Of a stretch of 64,000 bases of DNA, positions 18,684 to 28,143 are shown piece by piece (within the stretch, counting starts at the first letter, position 1; the number at the start of each line of letters is the position of its first letter). This DNA is from a bacterium (GTDB taxonomy: Bacteria; UBA8248), in contig OZ241326.1 of NCBI GenBank assembly GCA_965199855.1, forward strand, positions 1,920,001-1,984,000, written 5' to 3'. The position numbers were made by a program, and so were the translations under genes. Under the pieces are notes generated by a model. That model did no database searches and had not been told where the DNA came from. It saw only the letters and a program-made list of their open reading frames with translations.

Positions 18684-21500
18684 CTACGACCTTCCGCAGC
18701 AGTGCTTGTATTTTCTTCCGCTGCCGCAGGGGCACGGCTCGTTGCGGCCGACCTTGGGCGCGGCGCGCCTCACGGGGGCGGCCGTCGGCATCGCCTCGCC
18801 CGCCGGATCGGCCCCGAACCCCGAGGCGTCCGCGTGGGAGAACACCATGTCCTGCTCATGGCGCGATTCCTCCAGGGCTGCGTCCTCGTCCGAGACGTCG
18901 AGCCGATACATATACAGAACCGTCTCCGCCTCGATCCTCTCCGTCATCGTCTCGAACATGTCGAACGCTTCTTTCTTGTATTCATTCAGGGGGTTCACCT
19001 GGGCGTAGCCCCGCAGCCCGATTCCCTCCTTGAGCTGCTCGATGCTGGTGAGGTGATCCTTCCACTGCGCGTCGAGTATCTGAATGTAGATGAGCTTCGC
19101 GAGCTCCAGAACGTTTTCGGCGTCGAAATCCCCGTATTTGCGCTCCAGGACCGCCAGGATGAAGTCCCGAACCCGCTGGAAGAGCTCCTCCCGCGGCTCC
19201 TCCTCGACGTCCGCCACCATCGGCTCGGCGGCCGAGAAAACGACCTTTCGCCCCTCCACGGTCGCCGGGACGCCGTATTGGCTCTCCACGGCGCCCGCGA
19301 ACGCCTCCACGTCCCACTCCTCGAAGTGCTCTTCTTCCGGCAGGCGCAGGTCGAAGATGGAATCGAGCAGCGCCGACGCCATCTCCCTGATCCGGTCGAG
19401 CATGTCGGTCGATTCGAGAATCTCGCGCCGCATCGAATAGATGACCTCGCGCTGCCTGTTCATCACGTCGTCGTATTCGAGAAGGTGCTTTCGCATCTCG
19501 AAATGGTGCGCCTCCACGCGCTTCTGGGCGTTCTCGATGGCGCGCGTCACCATTCCGGCCTCGATGGGCACGCCCTCCTCCATCCCCAGCCTCTCCATCA
19601 GTCCCTTGATTCTGTCGGAGCCGAAAATGCGCAGCAAATCATCCTCGAGGGAGAGGAAGAAGCGCGAGCTGCCCGGGTCTCCCTGCCTGCCCGAGCGCCC
19701 CCGCAGCTGGTTGTCGATGCGGCGGCTCTCGTGCCTTTCGGTGCCCACGACGTGAAGCCCGCCCAGCCGGACCACCTCCTCGTGCTCCTTCGCGCAGGAG
19801 GCGCGAAAAGCCTCGAGCGCCTCCTCGTATTCGGGCCCTTCGCCCGCCTTCGCCTTCGACGCGGCGAGAAACTCCGGGTTTCCGCCGAGCAGGATGTCCG
19901 TTCCCCGGCCCGCCATGTTCGTGGAGATGGTGACGCCCCCCCTGCGCCCCGCCTGGGCGATGATTTCCGCCTCCCTGCCGTGGTTCTTCGCGTTGAGCAC
20001 GTGGTGCGGAATGCCTCTTCTCCTGAGGAGCGAGGCGAGCCTCTCGCTCTTCTCGATGTTGATCGTGCCCACCAGCACGGGCCGGCCGGCCTCGTGGCAC
20101 CCGGCTATCTCCTCCACGACGGCGTCCGTCTTCTCCCGCTCCGTGCGATAGACGACGTCGGGATGCTCGGTGCGAATCAGCTCGCGGTTCGTCGGAACGA
20201 CGGCCACGTCTATCTTGTAGGTGGAGTTGAACTCCGCCGCCTCGGTGTCCGCCGTTCCCGTCATGCCGGCCAGCTTGCCGTAGAGTCTGAAGTAATTCTG
20301 GAAGGTGATGGTCGCCAGGGTCATGTTCTCTTCCTGCACCCTGACGCCCTCTTTCGCCTCCAGCGCCTGGTGCAGTCCGTCGCTGAAGCGGCGGCCGGGC
20401 GTCATGCGCCCCGTGAATTCATCGACGAGGACGACCTCGCCGTCCTTCACCACGTAGTCGACGTCCTTGTTGAACAGCACGTGCGCCTTGAGCGCCTGCT
20501 CCACGTGGTGCAGCGCCGTGATGCTGCCCATGTCGTAAAGGCTCTGGCCGCTCGCCAGGACGCCCGAGCGGCGCAGAAGCTTCTCCGCCTCATGCCCGCC
20601 CGCCTCCTTGAGGTTCACCGTCCGGCTCTTGTCGTCGACGATCAGGTATTCATACTTCTTCTTGCTTACAAGGTCCTTGCCGCCCTCTACGTAGTCGTCG
20701 TCTTCCGCGACTTCCTCGACGACGCCCTCCAGCTCCTTCAGCAGCGGGCGGATCACGCGGTTCACGACGCCATACAGGCGGGTGGCCTCATCCGCCGGCC
20801 CGCTGATGATGAGGGGCGTTCGGGCCTCGTCGATGAGGATGCTGTCCACCTCGTCCACGATGGCGTAGTTGAGCTCGCGCATGACGCAGCTGCCGGGCTC
20901 GAACTTCATGTTGTCTCTCAGGTAGTCGAAGCCGAATTCGTTGTTGGTGCCGTACGTGATGTCGCAGGCGTAGGCGCGGCGGCGCGCGTCGTCGTCCATC
21001 TCGTGCTGAATGCACCCGACCGTGAGGCCGAGCGAGCGGAACAGGCGGCCCATCCACTCGGAATCGCGCTTTGCGAGATAGTCGTTCACCGTGACGATGT
21101 GCACGCCCCTGCCCTCCAGGGCGTTGAGATAGGCCGCGAGCGTGGCGACGAGGGTCTTGCCCTCCCCCGTCTTCATCTCGGCGATTTTTCCGCCGTGGAG
21201 GATGGCGCCCCCGATGAGCTGAACGTCGAAGTGCCGCATCCGGAGGCGTCGCCGGCCCGCCTCGCGCACCAGGGCGAACGCTTCGGGCAGAATCTCGTCC
21301 AGGGTCTCGCCGGCGGCGAGGCGCTCCCGGAAGCGATCCGTCTCCTCGCGCATCCCGGCGTCGGTCATCTCCTGAACGCGGGATTCGCGGGAGTTTATCT
21401 CCTCGACTATCGGCCGCAGCTTTCTGATGAGGCGCTCGTTCGCCGTTCCGAACACGGATTTGAACGCCGACATGCCTGACTGAAGAACCGACCCGGCCAT
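18684..21500 (-). CDS. secA: Preprotein translocase subunit SecA
   Basis: MKTGEGKT, VTVNDYLA, IVDEVDSILIDEARTPLIISG, TNMAGRGTDI, GRNEPCPCGSGRKYKHCC. Confidence 0.99.
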   Translation of the reverse strand: MAGSVLQSGMSAFKSVFGTANERLIRKLRPIVEEINSRESRVQEMTDAGMREETDRFRERLAAGETLDEILPEAFALVREAGRRRLRMRHFDVQLIGGAILHGGKIAEMKTGEGKTLVATLAAYLNALEGRGVHIVTVNDYLAKRDSEWMGRLFRSLGLTVGCIQHEMDDDARRRAYACDITYGTNNEFGFDYLRDNMKFEPGSCVMRELNYAIVDEVDSILIDEARTPLIISGPADEATRLYGVVNRVIRPLLKELEGVVEEVAEDDDYVEGGKDLVSKKKYEYLIVDDKSRTVNLKEAGGHEAEKLLRRSGVLASGQSLYDMGSITALHHVEQALKAHVLFNKDVDYVVKDGEVVLVDEFTGRMTPGRRFSDGLHQALEAKEGVRVQEENMTLATITFQNYFRLYGKLAGMTGTADTEAAEFNSTYKIDVAVVPTNRELIRTEHPDVVYRTEREKTDAVVEEIAGCHEAGRPVLVGTINIEKSERLASLLRRRGIPHHVLNAKNHGREAEIIAQAGRRGGVTISTNMAGRGTDILLGGNPEFLAASKAKAGEGPEYEEALEAFRASCAKEHEEVVRLGGLHVVGTERHESRRIDNQLRGRSGRQGDPGSSRFFLSLEDDLLRIFGSDRIKGLMERLGMEEGVPIEAGMVTRAIENAQKRVEAHHFEMRKHLLEYDDVMNRQREVIYSMRREILESTDMLDRIREMASALLDSIFDLRLPEEEHFEEWDVEAFAGAVESQYGVPATVEGRKVVFSAAEPMVADVEEEPREELFQRVRDFILAVLERKYGDFDAENVLELAKLIYIQILDAQWKDHLTSIEQLKEGIGLRGYAQVNPLNEYKKEAFDMFETMTERIEAETVLYMYRLDVSDEDAALEESRHEQDMVFSHADASGFGADPAGEAMPTAAPVRRAAPKVGRNEPCPCGSGRKYKHCCGRS

Positions 21501-21608
21501 TCACCGCTCCCTTGGCGATTCACGCGCGCGAATGGGGCTTCACGCGCGGGGGAGACTATCACGGCGCATGAAGGAGAAAAAGCGGATATCGAAGGCGGTG
21601 GACGCGAG

Positions 21609-22526
21609 TTATTTGAAGGCGCTCACGATATACAATTTGGGGTTGACCGCGATTCCGTTGATTCGGACTTCATAGTGGAGGTGCGGGCCGGTGGATCTGC
21701 CCGTGGAGCCGACCCGGGCGATGATCTGGCCCCTTTTCACGCGCTGGCCGACTTTCGCCAGGTTCACGCTGTTGTGCGCGTATCGGGTGACGATGCCCTG
21801 CATGTGCCGGATTTCAAGAATTTTCCCATACCCCCCCTCCCTGCCGGCGCGGATGACGACGCCGTCCGCCGGGGCGAATATGGGCGTTCCCTCTCTCGCC
21901 ACGATGTCGATGCCCGCGTGAAATTCCCGCTGGTTCGTGAACGCGGAGCGTCTGTATCCGAAGTTCGAGGAAAGCCAGCCCTTGACCGGCCACGTGGAGG
22001 GCGTGTGCGCGAGCAGGACGCTTCGGTCGCGGAACGCTTTCAGCAACTCCCTGAACGCGCTCTCCTGCTCGGCGGCGCGTCTTTCAATGTCCTGGAACCG
22101 CCGATTCAGCCTCCGCGCGAGCCTTTGCTCGGACGGGGCGAGCCGATCCAGGTCCTCCGGCAGATCGCGCCTTGAAACGCCGCCCAGCCCCAGAGCGTCT
22201 TTTCGCTTGCCGGGCTTGAGGGAGGCCATGACGCGGAGGCGATCCTCGAACTGATGGAGCTGCAGCAGGCTGTCGTCAAGGGATTCCAGCCTGGCGCCGA
22301 ACTTTTCGAGCAGTCTCTTTTGCGTCCGGTTTTGCTGCTCGAGGGGGGAGAGCTTCCCGGCGGGGCTCGCCGGGAGTTTTCTCTTCTGCGCGAGGTAAAG
22401 CGGAACTCCGGCGGCAGGGACGGCGAGACAAAGAAGCAGGCAGACCGCCGTCCGCCTCGCGACGGTGAACCGCCGGGAGCCGCTCGAGTTGCTCGGTATC
22501 ACGATGAAGGTGTATTTCCTGCCCAC
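21609..22526 (-). CDS. M23-family metallopeptidase
   Basis: N-terminal TM, coiled coil, HAGID, YAH, STGPHLHYEV. Confidence 0.93.
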   Translation of the reverse strand: MGRKYTFIVIPSNSSGSRRFTVARRTAVCLLLCLAVPAAGVPLYLAQKRKLPASPAGKLSPLEQQNRTQKRLLEKFGARLESLDDSLLQLHQFEDRLRVMASLKPGKRKDALGLGGVSRRDLPEDLDRLAPSEQRLARRLNRRFQDIERRAAEQESAFRELLKAFRDRSVLLAHTPSTWPVKGWLSSNFGYRRSAFTNQREFHAGIDIVAREGTPIFAPADGVVIRAGREGGYGKILEIRHMQGIVTRYAHNSVNLAKVGQRVKRGQIIARVGSTGRSTGPHLHYEVRINGIAVNPKLYIVSAFK

Positions 22527-22714
22527 GAGGCGGCTCCTTCGGTCATTCTCCGAAGCGTTCGCTTCCCGCGTTTCTTCTATCGCGCAGTTCCGCGCCCCTT
22601 CATCAAGAAGTCAAACGCTTTCCCGGACGGCCGTTCGTTCTCCGCGAAATTATCAAACCCGGAAAAACGAGTCAACCGAACGCGCGCGAGGCGAAACCGC
22701 GCCGGGAAAGCCTC

Positions 22715-23545
22715 TCAGCGCATGACGGCCCCGGAATCGACCAGAAGCGCCTGGCCCGTGATGGTCTTCGCGTCGTCGCTGGCCAGAAAGGCGACCGCGC
22801 GTCCGACGTCCTCGGCCGACTGCTCGACCCCCAAAGGCGTCTGCTCCACGAAATGATCGAAGACCTCCCTCGCCGCTTTTCCCCTGAATTGCTGAAATTT
22901 CTTTCTGAATTGCTCCGCCAGCGTCTCCCACATCGCGCTCCAGATGAGGCCCGGACAGACCGCGTTCACCGTGACGCCTTCCCGCGCGACCTCCCGCGCG
23001 AGCGCCTGGGTGAATATGATCACCGCCGCCTTGCTCGCGCTGTAGTGCGGTATGGTTTCGCGGCCATCCCGCCCGGCGCGCGAGGAAATGTTGATGATGC
23101 GCCCCCAGCCCCTCCCCTTCATCTTTTCGAGCGACGCCTGGCACAGCAGAAAAACGCCCTTCACGTTGACGCTGTAGGCGGCGTCCCAGTCCTCCTCGCT
23201 GACGTCCGACAGGGGCATACCGAGTTTGAAGTCCGCCCCGCCGATGACGCCGGCGTTGTTGACCACGATATCGAGGGCGCCGAAGTCCCTGGCGACCGCG
23301 TCCACGACGGCCGCGCATCGCGCCTTGTCCGTCACGTCCAGGGCGTAGGAAACGGCGTCCACGCCGAAGCCGCCGATCTCCCTCGCGGCCGCCTCGGCGC
23401 CGGCGGGCGATATGTCCGCCAGCGCCGCGTGAACCCCCTCCTCCGCCAGGCATCTGGCGATGCCGCGCCCGATTCCTCCTCCGGCGCCGGTGATGAGCGC
23501 GACTTTTCCCCGCAAGCCGCGCTCTCTGGGGGGGCGGGAAGGCAT
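22715..23545 (-). CDS. SDR-family oxidoreductase
   Basis: TGAGGGIG, NNAG, YSASK; start taken at ATG 23545. Confidence 0.92.
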   Translation of the reverse strand: MPSRPPRERGLRGKVALITGAGGGIGRGIARCLAEEGVHAALADISPAGAEAAAREIGGFGVDAVSYALDVTDKARCAAVVDAVARDFGALDIVVNNAGVIGGADFKLGMPLSDVSEEDWDAAYSVNVKGVFLLCQASLEKMKGRGWGRIINISSRAGRDGRETIPHYSASKAAVIIFTQALAREVAREGVTVNAVCPGLIWSAMWETLAEQFRKKFQQFRGKAAREVFDHFVEQTPLGVEQSAEDVGRAVAFLASDDAKTITGQALLVDSGAVMR

Positions 23546-23553
23546 CGCTCCCG

Positions 23554-23949
23554 CTATCTCCCGTATCCCGTCATGGCGCCGCCCGCCTCGAGCCAGTCCT
23601 CGAAGACCCTGAGGCCCTCCAGAACGGCGGGAACCCCTCCGTAGGGAGAGGTCTGAAATATCACCTCCATGATTTCCTTGTCCGTCGCTCCGTAGCTCCT
23701 CGCCGCCGTGAAGTGAGAGCGCATCTGGGCGAAGCGCCCCGTGACGCACAGGGCCGCTATCGCGCAGAATTCTCTCGTCTTGTGCGGAATGACGTCGCGA
23801 TCATACAGCCCGCCGTGAACGAATCGCTGAAACAGCATGGAGAAGTCCGGGTCGAGCCCGTTCAGGCGACCAAACAGCTTTTCGGTGTAGCCCTCCCCGT
23901 ACTGGGCGTCTCCACGCCTGATGGCGGGGGGATAGAATTCCTCGCTCAT
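23554..23949 (-). CDS. Carboxymuconolactone decarboxylase (CMD/AhpD-like) family protein
   Basis: KTREFCAIAAL, HFTAARSYGATDKEIMEVIFQ, YGGVP. Confidence 0.85.
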   Translation of the reverse strand: MSEEFYPPAIRRGDAQYGEGYTEKLFGRLNGLDPDFSMLFQRFVHGGLYDRDVIPHKTREFCAIAALCVTGRFAQMRSHFTAARSYGATDKEIMEVIFQTSPYGGVPAVLEGLRVFEDWLEAGGAMTGYGR

Positions 23950-23985
23950 TCGCCCTTCTCCTCGCGCGCGGCGCGCGGCCGCCGA

Positions 23986-24912
23986 CTACGCATCTTCCAC
24001 GACCGGGTTTCTCAGGCGGCCCAGTCCGCCGATTTCCACCTCCACGACGTCGCCCGGCGCCAGGAACGAGGGCGTCTCCCGCGCGTAGCCCACGCCCGCC
24101 GGCGTGCCCGTGAGGAAGACGTCGCCCGGCGCCAGGGTGAAGCCCTCCGAAAGCGCGGAGAGCATCGAGGGAATGTCGTGAATCATCATGCTCGTGCTGG
24201 AGTCCTGCCGCGCCTCCCCGTTCACCCAGCTTTTCACGGTCTGGTTCATCGGGTCGCCGTAGTCCTCCTTCGGGACGATGAAGGGCCCGAGCGGACACGT
24301 GCCGTCGAGCGTCTTGCCCTTGAAAATCTGCTTGTGCCGCCTCTGAAGGTCCCTGGCGGATACGTCGTTCGCGCAGCAGTAGCCGAAAACGTGATCATAC
24401 GCCTCGTCCCTGGGTATGTTCTTGCCGCGCCTGCCGATGATGACGGCGATTTCGGCCTCGTAGTCGAGTTTTTCCGTCACACGGTGGGCGGGTATGCCCT
24501 CGCCGTGTCCGATGAGGGCGCTCTGCGCCTTGGTGAAGAAAATGGGATGATCGACCTCGACCTTCGCCGTCCAGACGTCCTTCGCCCGGAGCCCCTCGTT
24601 CACGTGGTCCTGATAGTTGAGCCCCATGCAGAGAACGTGCCTGGACGGATGGGGAACCGGCGCCAGGTGATGAACGTCCCCGGGCGCCATGAGAACGGGA
24701 GCCAGCTCCTCCGCGCTCGCCTCCGCCTGCGCGACCAGCAGGCGAAGCGCTTCGCCGGAGGACTCCCAGGCCTCGATGAGTTCAATCATGCCGCCGAAGG
24801 CCAGATCCCTCTTCCCCAGAAGCCCGGCCAGACGCGAGAGGTGAGCGATTTTGTCGCCCACGTACACGCCCACTCTCTCGACCCCTCTGTAGCGGTATGA
24901 CAGCAGCTTCAT
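23986..24912 (-). CDS. Fumarylacetoacetate hydrolase family protein
   Basis: CMGLNYQDH, LDYEAEIAVIIG, NDVSARDLQ, TGTPAGVG. Confidence 0.93.
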   Translation of the reverse strand: MKLLSYRYRGVERVGVYVGDKIAHLSRLAGLLGKRDLAFGGMIELIEAWESSGEALRLLVAQAEASAEELAPVLMAPGDVHHLAPVPHPSRHVLCMGLNYQDHVNEGLRAKDVWTAKVEVDHPIFFTKAQSALIGHGEGIPAHRVTEKLDYEAEIAVIIGRRGKNIPRDEAYDHVFGYCCANDVSARDLQRRHKQIFKGKTLDGTCPLGPFIVPKEDYGDPMNQTVKSWVNGEARQDSSTSMMIHDIPSMLSALSEGFTLAPGDVFLTGTPAGVGYARETPSFLAPGDVVEVEIGGLGRLRNPVVEDA

Positions 24913-24953
24913 GCGTTCCTCCTCTGGTTGGGCGTCTCCCGGCGGTCAGTCAG

Positions 24954-26045
24954 TCAGGAGGAAACCCCGTAGCGTTCGAGCGCGTCCGGGGTGAACTCCA
25001 CGCCGTGGCCGGGCGCATCGGGAACGTGGATATGCCCGTCGCGCACGGAAAAATCCTCCGTGAGGTCATCGGGCGAGAAGAATTCCATGTATTCGACCAT
25101 GTAGCCCGCGGGCGTCGCGCCCACGAGGCTCACGGACAGCTCGTGCGCCAGATGGCTGCTCAGGGAGAGGTTGAAGGCGTCGGCCAGATGCGCGACCTTG
25201 ATGAACTCCGTCACCCCGCCGCAGCGGCAAACGTCCGGCTGGAGGAAGTCCGCCGCCCGGCGCTCGCATATCTCCCTGAACCCCCAGCGCATATAGGCGT
25301 TCTCGCCCGCCGCGGTGGGCACCATGCTCCGCTCGGCGACTTCCGCCAGATCATCGACGCAGTCGGCCAGCACGGGCTCCTCGAACCAGGCGACCCCGTA
25401 TTCCGCCAGCATCTCCGAGACCTCGACCGCCTCGCGCGCGTTGTAGTTCTGGTTGGCGTCGCAGAAGAGAAGAAAATCCTCCCCCATGTTTTCCCGCAGA
25501 AATTCGACGCGCTCCGCGTCCCGCTTCGCGCCGATCTTGAGCTTGTAGCCGCTCATGCCGAGGGCGGCGGCTTCCCGGGCCTCCTCCAGCAGTTCGGCGT
25601 CCGACAGCGTATGCCAGCCCCCGCTCCCGTATACCGGCATCTTTTGGCGAAACCCGCCCAGGAGGCGGTTCAGCGGCAGGCCGGCGGCCTTCGCCGCAAT
25701 GTCCCAGCAGGCGATGTCCACCGCCGAGAGGGAATACAGGCCCAGTCCCCCGCGCATTCGCGCCTTGTTCGGCGACCACATGCGGCTCCAGAGCGCCTCG
25801 GGCGCCAGGGCGTCCTGGCCGATCACCAGCGGGGCCAGCTCCTTTTCGATGTAGGGCAGCATCGCGGCGCCGCCCTCCCCGCCCAGTCCCATCGTAAAGC
25901 CCGTTCCGGTCGGGCCGTCCTCGACGTGAAGACGGACGACGATGACGTCAAGGTGGGTATACGTTCCCAGCGAACTCTGAAACGTTTTCTTGAGAGGGAC
26001 TTTCAGGCGCGCGGGCTCGAGAGAGCGTATCTTCAATCCGGGCAT
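24954..26045 (-). CDS. Mandelate racemase / muconate-lactonizing enzyme family protein
   Basis: SAVDIACWD, KLK, DANQ, WFEEP, GEN, QPDV. Confidence 0.92.
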   Translation of the reverse strand: MPGLKIRSLEPARLKVPLKKTFQSSLGTYTHLDVIVVRLHVEDGPTGTGFTMGLGGEGGAAMLPYIEKELAPLVIGQDALAPEALWSRMWSPNKARMRGGLGLYSLSAVDIACWDIAAKAAGLPLNRLLGGFRQKMPVYGSGGWHTLSDAELLEEAREAAALGMSGYKLKIGAKRDAERVEFLRENMGEDFLLFCDANQNYNAREAVEVSEMLAEYGVAWFEEPVLADCVDDLAEVAERSMVPTAAGENAYMRWGFREICERRAADFLQPDVCRCGGVTEFIKVAHLADAFNLSLSSHLAHELSVSLVGATPAGYMVEYMEFFSPDDLTEDFSVRDGHIHVPDAPGHGVEFTPDALERYGVSS

Positions 26046-26057
26046 TTCGCCTCCCGC

Positions 26058-27233
26058 CTACAGAAAGCGCATGGAGCGGACGCGCATGGCCTGGTTCGTT
26101 CCGTCCGAGTGGAGGAAGCTGGTCACGTCCCGCAGGTATTTCTCCATCGGCGCGTCCGTCATGTAGCCCGTCCCGCCCCAGACCTCCAGGGCGCGCGTGG
26201 CGATTCGATAGGACGCCTCGGACACGAAGCATTTGGTCATAAAGCCCATTTTGGGGTCGTAGCCGTCTTTCCGGTCCGCCGTCCAGGCGGCGTAATGGAG
26301 CAGCCGCCGGCTGGCTTCATACTCGGCGAAGCAGTCCGCGAGCATGAACCCGACCGCCTGGTGCTCGATGATCGGCCTGCCCCCCTGCACCCGGCGCCGG
26401 GCGTACGCCAGCGCGTCCTCGTAGGCCGCCCTGGCCGCGCCGAGAACCGTGGCGGCGGCTTCTATGTTCGAGCCCGGCACGAAGTTGCGGCGCGCCTCCA
26501 TGGCGCGGTTCACTTCGGTGATGCGGTTCTCGTCCGGTATTCTGCAGTTCTCGAAAACGAGCTCCGCGTTCAGGGAGAGCCGCTGCCCCATCTTGTCGTG
26601 AATCTTCCCGTAGCGAAAGCCCTCCATGTCGGGCGTGACGAGGAAATACGTCATTCCCTCGGAGACCCCCTTCGCCGCGTCCGTCCGCATGGCGACGATG
26701 CAGAGCTTGGCGATTCCCCCGTTGCTGATGTATCGCTTCTTCCCGTTGGCTATCCAGGAGCCGCCGTCCCGAACGGCGGTCGTCCTCACGCCCGCGTCCG
26801 GGCTGTCGTAGGGGATGATGTTGTCCGATCCTCCCGACTCCTCCGTCATCCCGACCGCCAGATGAAAATGGTGATCCTCCAGAAAAGGCTTCAGGTAGCG
26901 CTCCCTCTGCCCCTCGGTCGTCAGCCTTTCAAACAGATGGGTGATCTTCCAGGTTTGATCAAACGTCACGGCCGTCCCCAAATCCCCCCAGGCGAGCTCC
27001 TCGCCCACGAGGCACAGGGTGAGGACGCCGCAGCCGCCTCCTCCCATCTCCCGGGGCAGCGCGAGAGTCCGCAGTCCCAGCTTGCTGCCCTTCTCCAGCG
27101 CGTCCCAGGGGAAGCGCTTCATCGGGTCGGGCTCCTTGTCCAGCGCCGCGGCGACGGGACGAATTTCCCGCTCGGCGAACTCATGCGCCGTCTTCTGCAG
27201 CCTCTCCTGCTCGGCGGTGAGCGTGAAGTCCAT
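26058..27233 (-). CDS. Acyl-CoA dehydrogenase family protein
   Basis: MDFTLTAEQ start, MTEESGGSD, NGKKRYISNG, GGTGYMTDAPMEKYLRD. Confidence 0.92.
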   Translation of the reverse strand: MDFTLTAEQERLQKTAHEFAEREIRPVAAALDKEPDPMKRFPWDALEKGSKLGLRTLALPREMGGGGCGVLTLCLVGEELAWGDLGTAVTFDQTWKITHLFERLTTEGQRERYLKPFLEDHHFHLAVGMTEESGGSDNIIPYDSPDAGVRTTAVRDGGSWIANGKKRYISNGGIAKLCIVAMRTDAAKGVSEGMTYFLVTPDMEGFRYGKIHDKMGQRLSLNAELVFENCRIPDENRITEVNRAMEARRNFVPGSNIEAAATVLGAARAAYEDALAYARRRVQGGRPIIEHQAVGFMLADCFAEYEASRRLLHYAAWTADRKDGYDPKMGFMTKCFVSEASYRIATRALEVWGGTGYMTDAPMEKYLRDVTSFLHSDGTNQAMRVRSMRFL

Positions 27234-27320
27234 GTTTCGCTCCTCGAAAAACCGAAGCCCGGCGCTGTCAGCCGTCAAGCCGTCGCTTCCGGGAGAAGGC
27301 GCGTCTGCCTGGCGTGCGCC

Positions 27321-28097
27321 CTATGCGTTCGCTTCCGCCTTCCACATTCGCCGCTTCAGGATGACGAAGCCGAACGCGACGATGAGCAACGCGCTGGCGA
27401 GATACGCGGCGCGAACCGGCCCGAACCAGAGGCTGTCCGCGCGAAAGCCGCTCACGGCGGCGCGTCCTATGGAATATAGAACAAAGTAGAGGCAAAGTAT
27501 AAACCCGGGCTTGTGATTCGTCAGCCGCAGCCCTCGCAGGATGAAGAACCACAGCAGGTTCAGGAGCAGTTCATACAGCATCACGGGATGCGTCGCCTGG
27601 CCGGGAAACTGCCGCCCCGCGATGGATTCCATGGGAAATTCCACCCCCCACGGCATGGCCGTCGGCACGCCGTGGGCGTCGCCGTTCATGAAATTCCCGA
27701 ACCGCCCGAAAGCCTGTCCCAGCATGACGGCGGGCGCGGCCGCGTCGGCGAACTCCCACGTGGAGACGGCGCGTCGCTTCAAATAGAGCCAGCCGGCCAG
27801 AGCTCCTCCAGCCAGCCCTCCGTGAATGGCGAGACCCCCGTTCCATACGGCGGGGATTTCCCAGGCGTTCCCGGCGTAGAATTCCCAGTTGAACAGGACG
27901 TAATAGATTCTTCCGCCCAGGATTCCCGCGAACATGACAAGGAGGCAGAAATTCATCACCTCGTCCCGGGTGACGGGCATATTCCTGCGTTCGGCCTCCT
28001 TGCTCACCAGCCGCGCGCCGACCAGAACGGCGGCGACGTACATGAGGCCATACCAGCGCAGCGCGAACGGGCCGATTTCAAATATGACGGGGCTCAA
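27321..28097 (-). CDS. lgt: Prolipoprotein diacylglyceryl transferase
   Basis: RWYGLMY, GGRIYYV, GGLAIHGG, GRFGNFMNGD, HPVMLYE. Confidence 0.95.
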   Translation of the reverse strand: MSPVIFEIGPFALRWYGLMYVAAVLVGARLVSKEAERRNMPVTRDEVMNFCLLVMFAGILGGRIYYVLFNWEFYAGNAWEIPAVWNGGLAIHGGLAGGALAGWLYLKRRAVSTWEFADAAAPAVMLGQAFGRFGNFMNGDAHGVPTAMPWGVEFPMESIAGRQFPGQATHPVMLYELLLNLLWFFILRGLRLTNHKPGFILCLYFVLYSIGRAAVSGFRADSLWFGPVRAAYLASALLIVAFGFVILKRRMWKAEANA

Positions 28098-28143
28098 ATG
28101 GCTGTCTTCCCTGCGAATCGGCCAAGCATATCATCGCCTCCGA

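Noticed and set aside
14659-27479. Long antisense ORFs (14659-17493 -, 18702-21479 +, 24897-27479 +, and similar ones elsewhere)
   Set aside because: Shadow frames of well-supported genes, expected with high GC3 codon bias; no recognisable motifs
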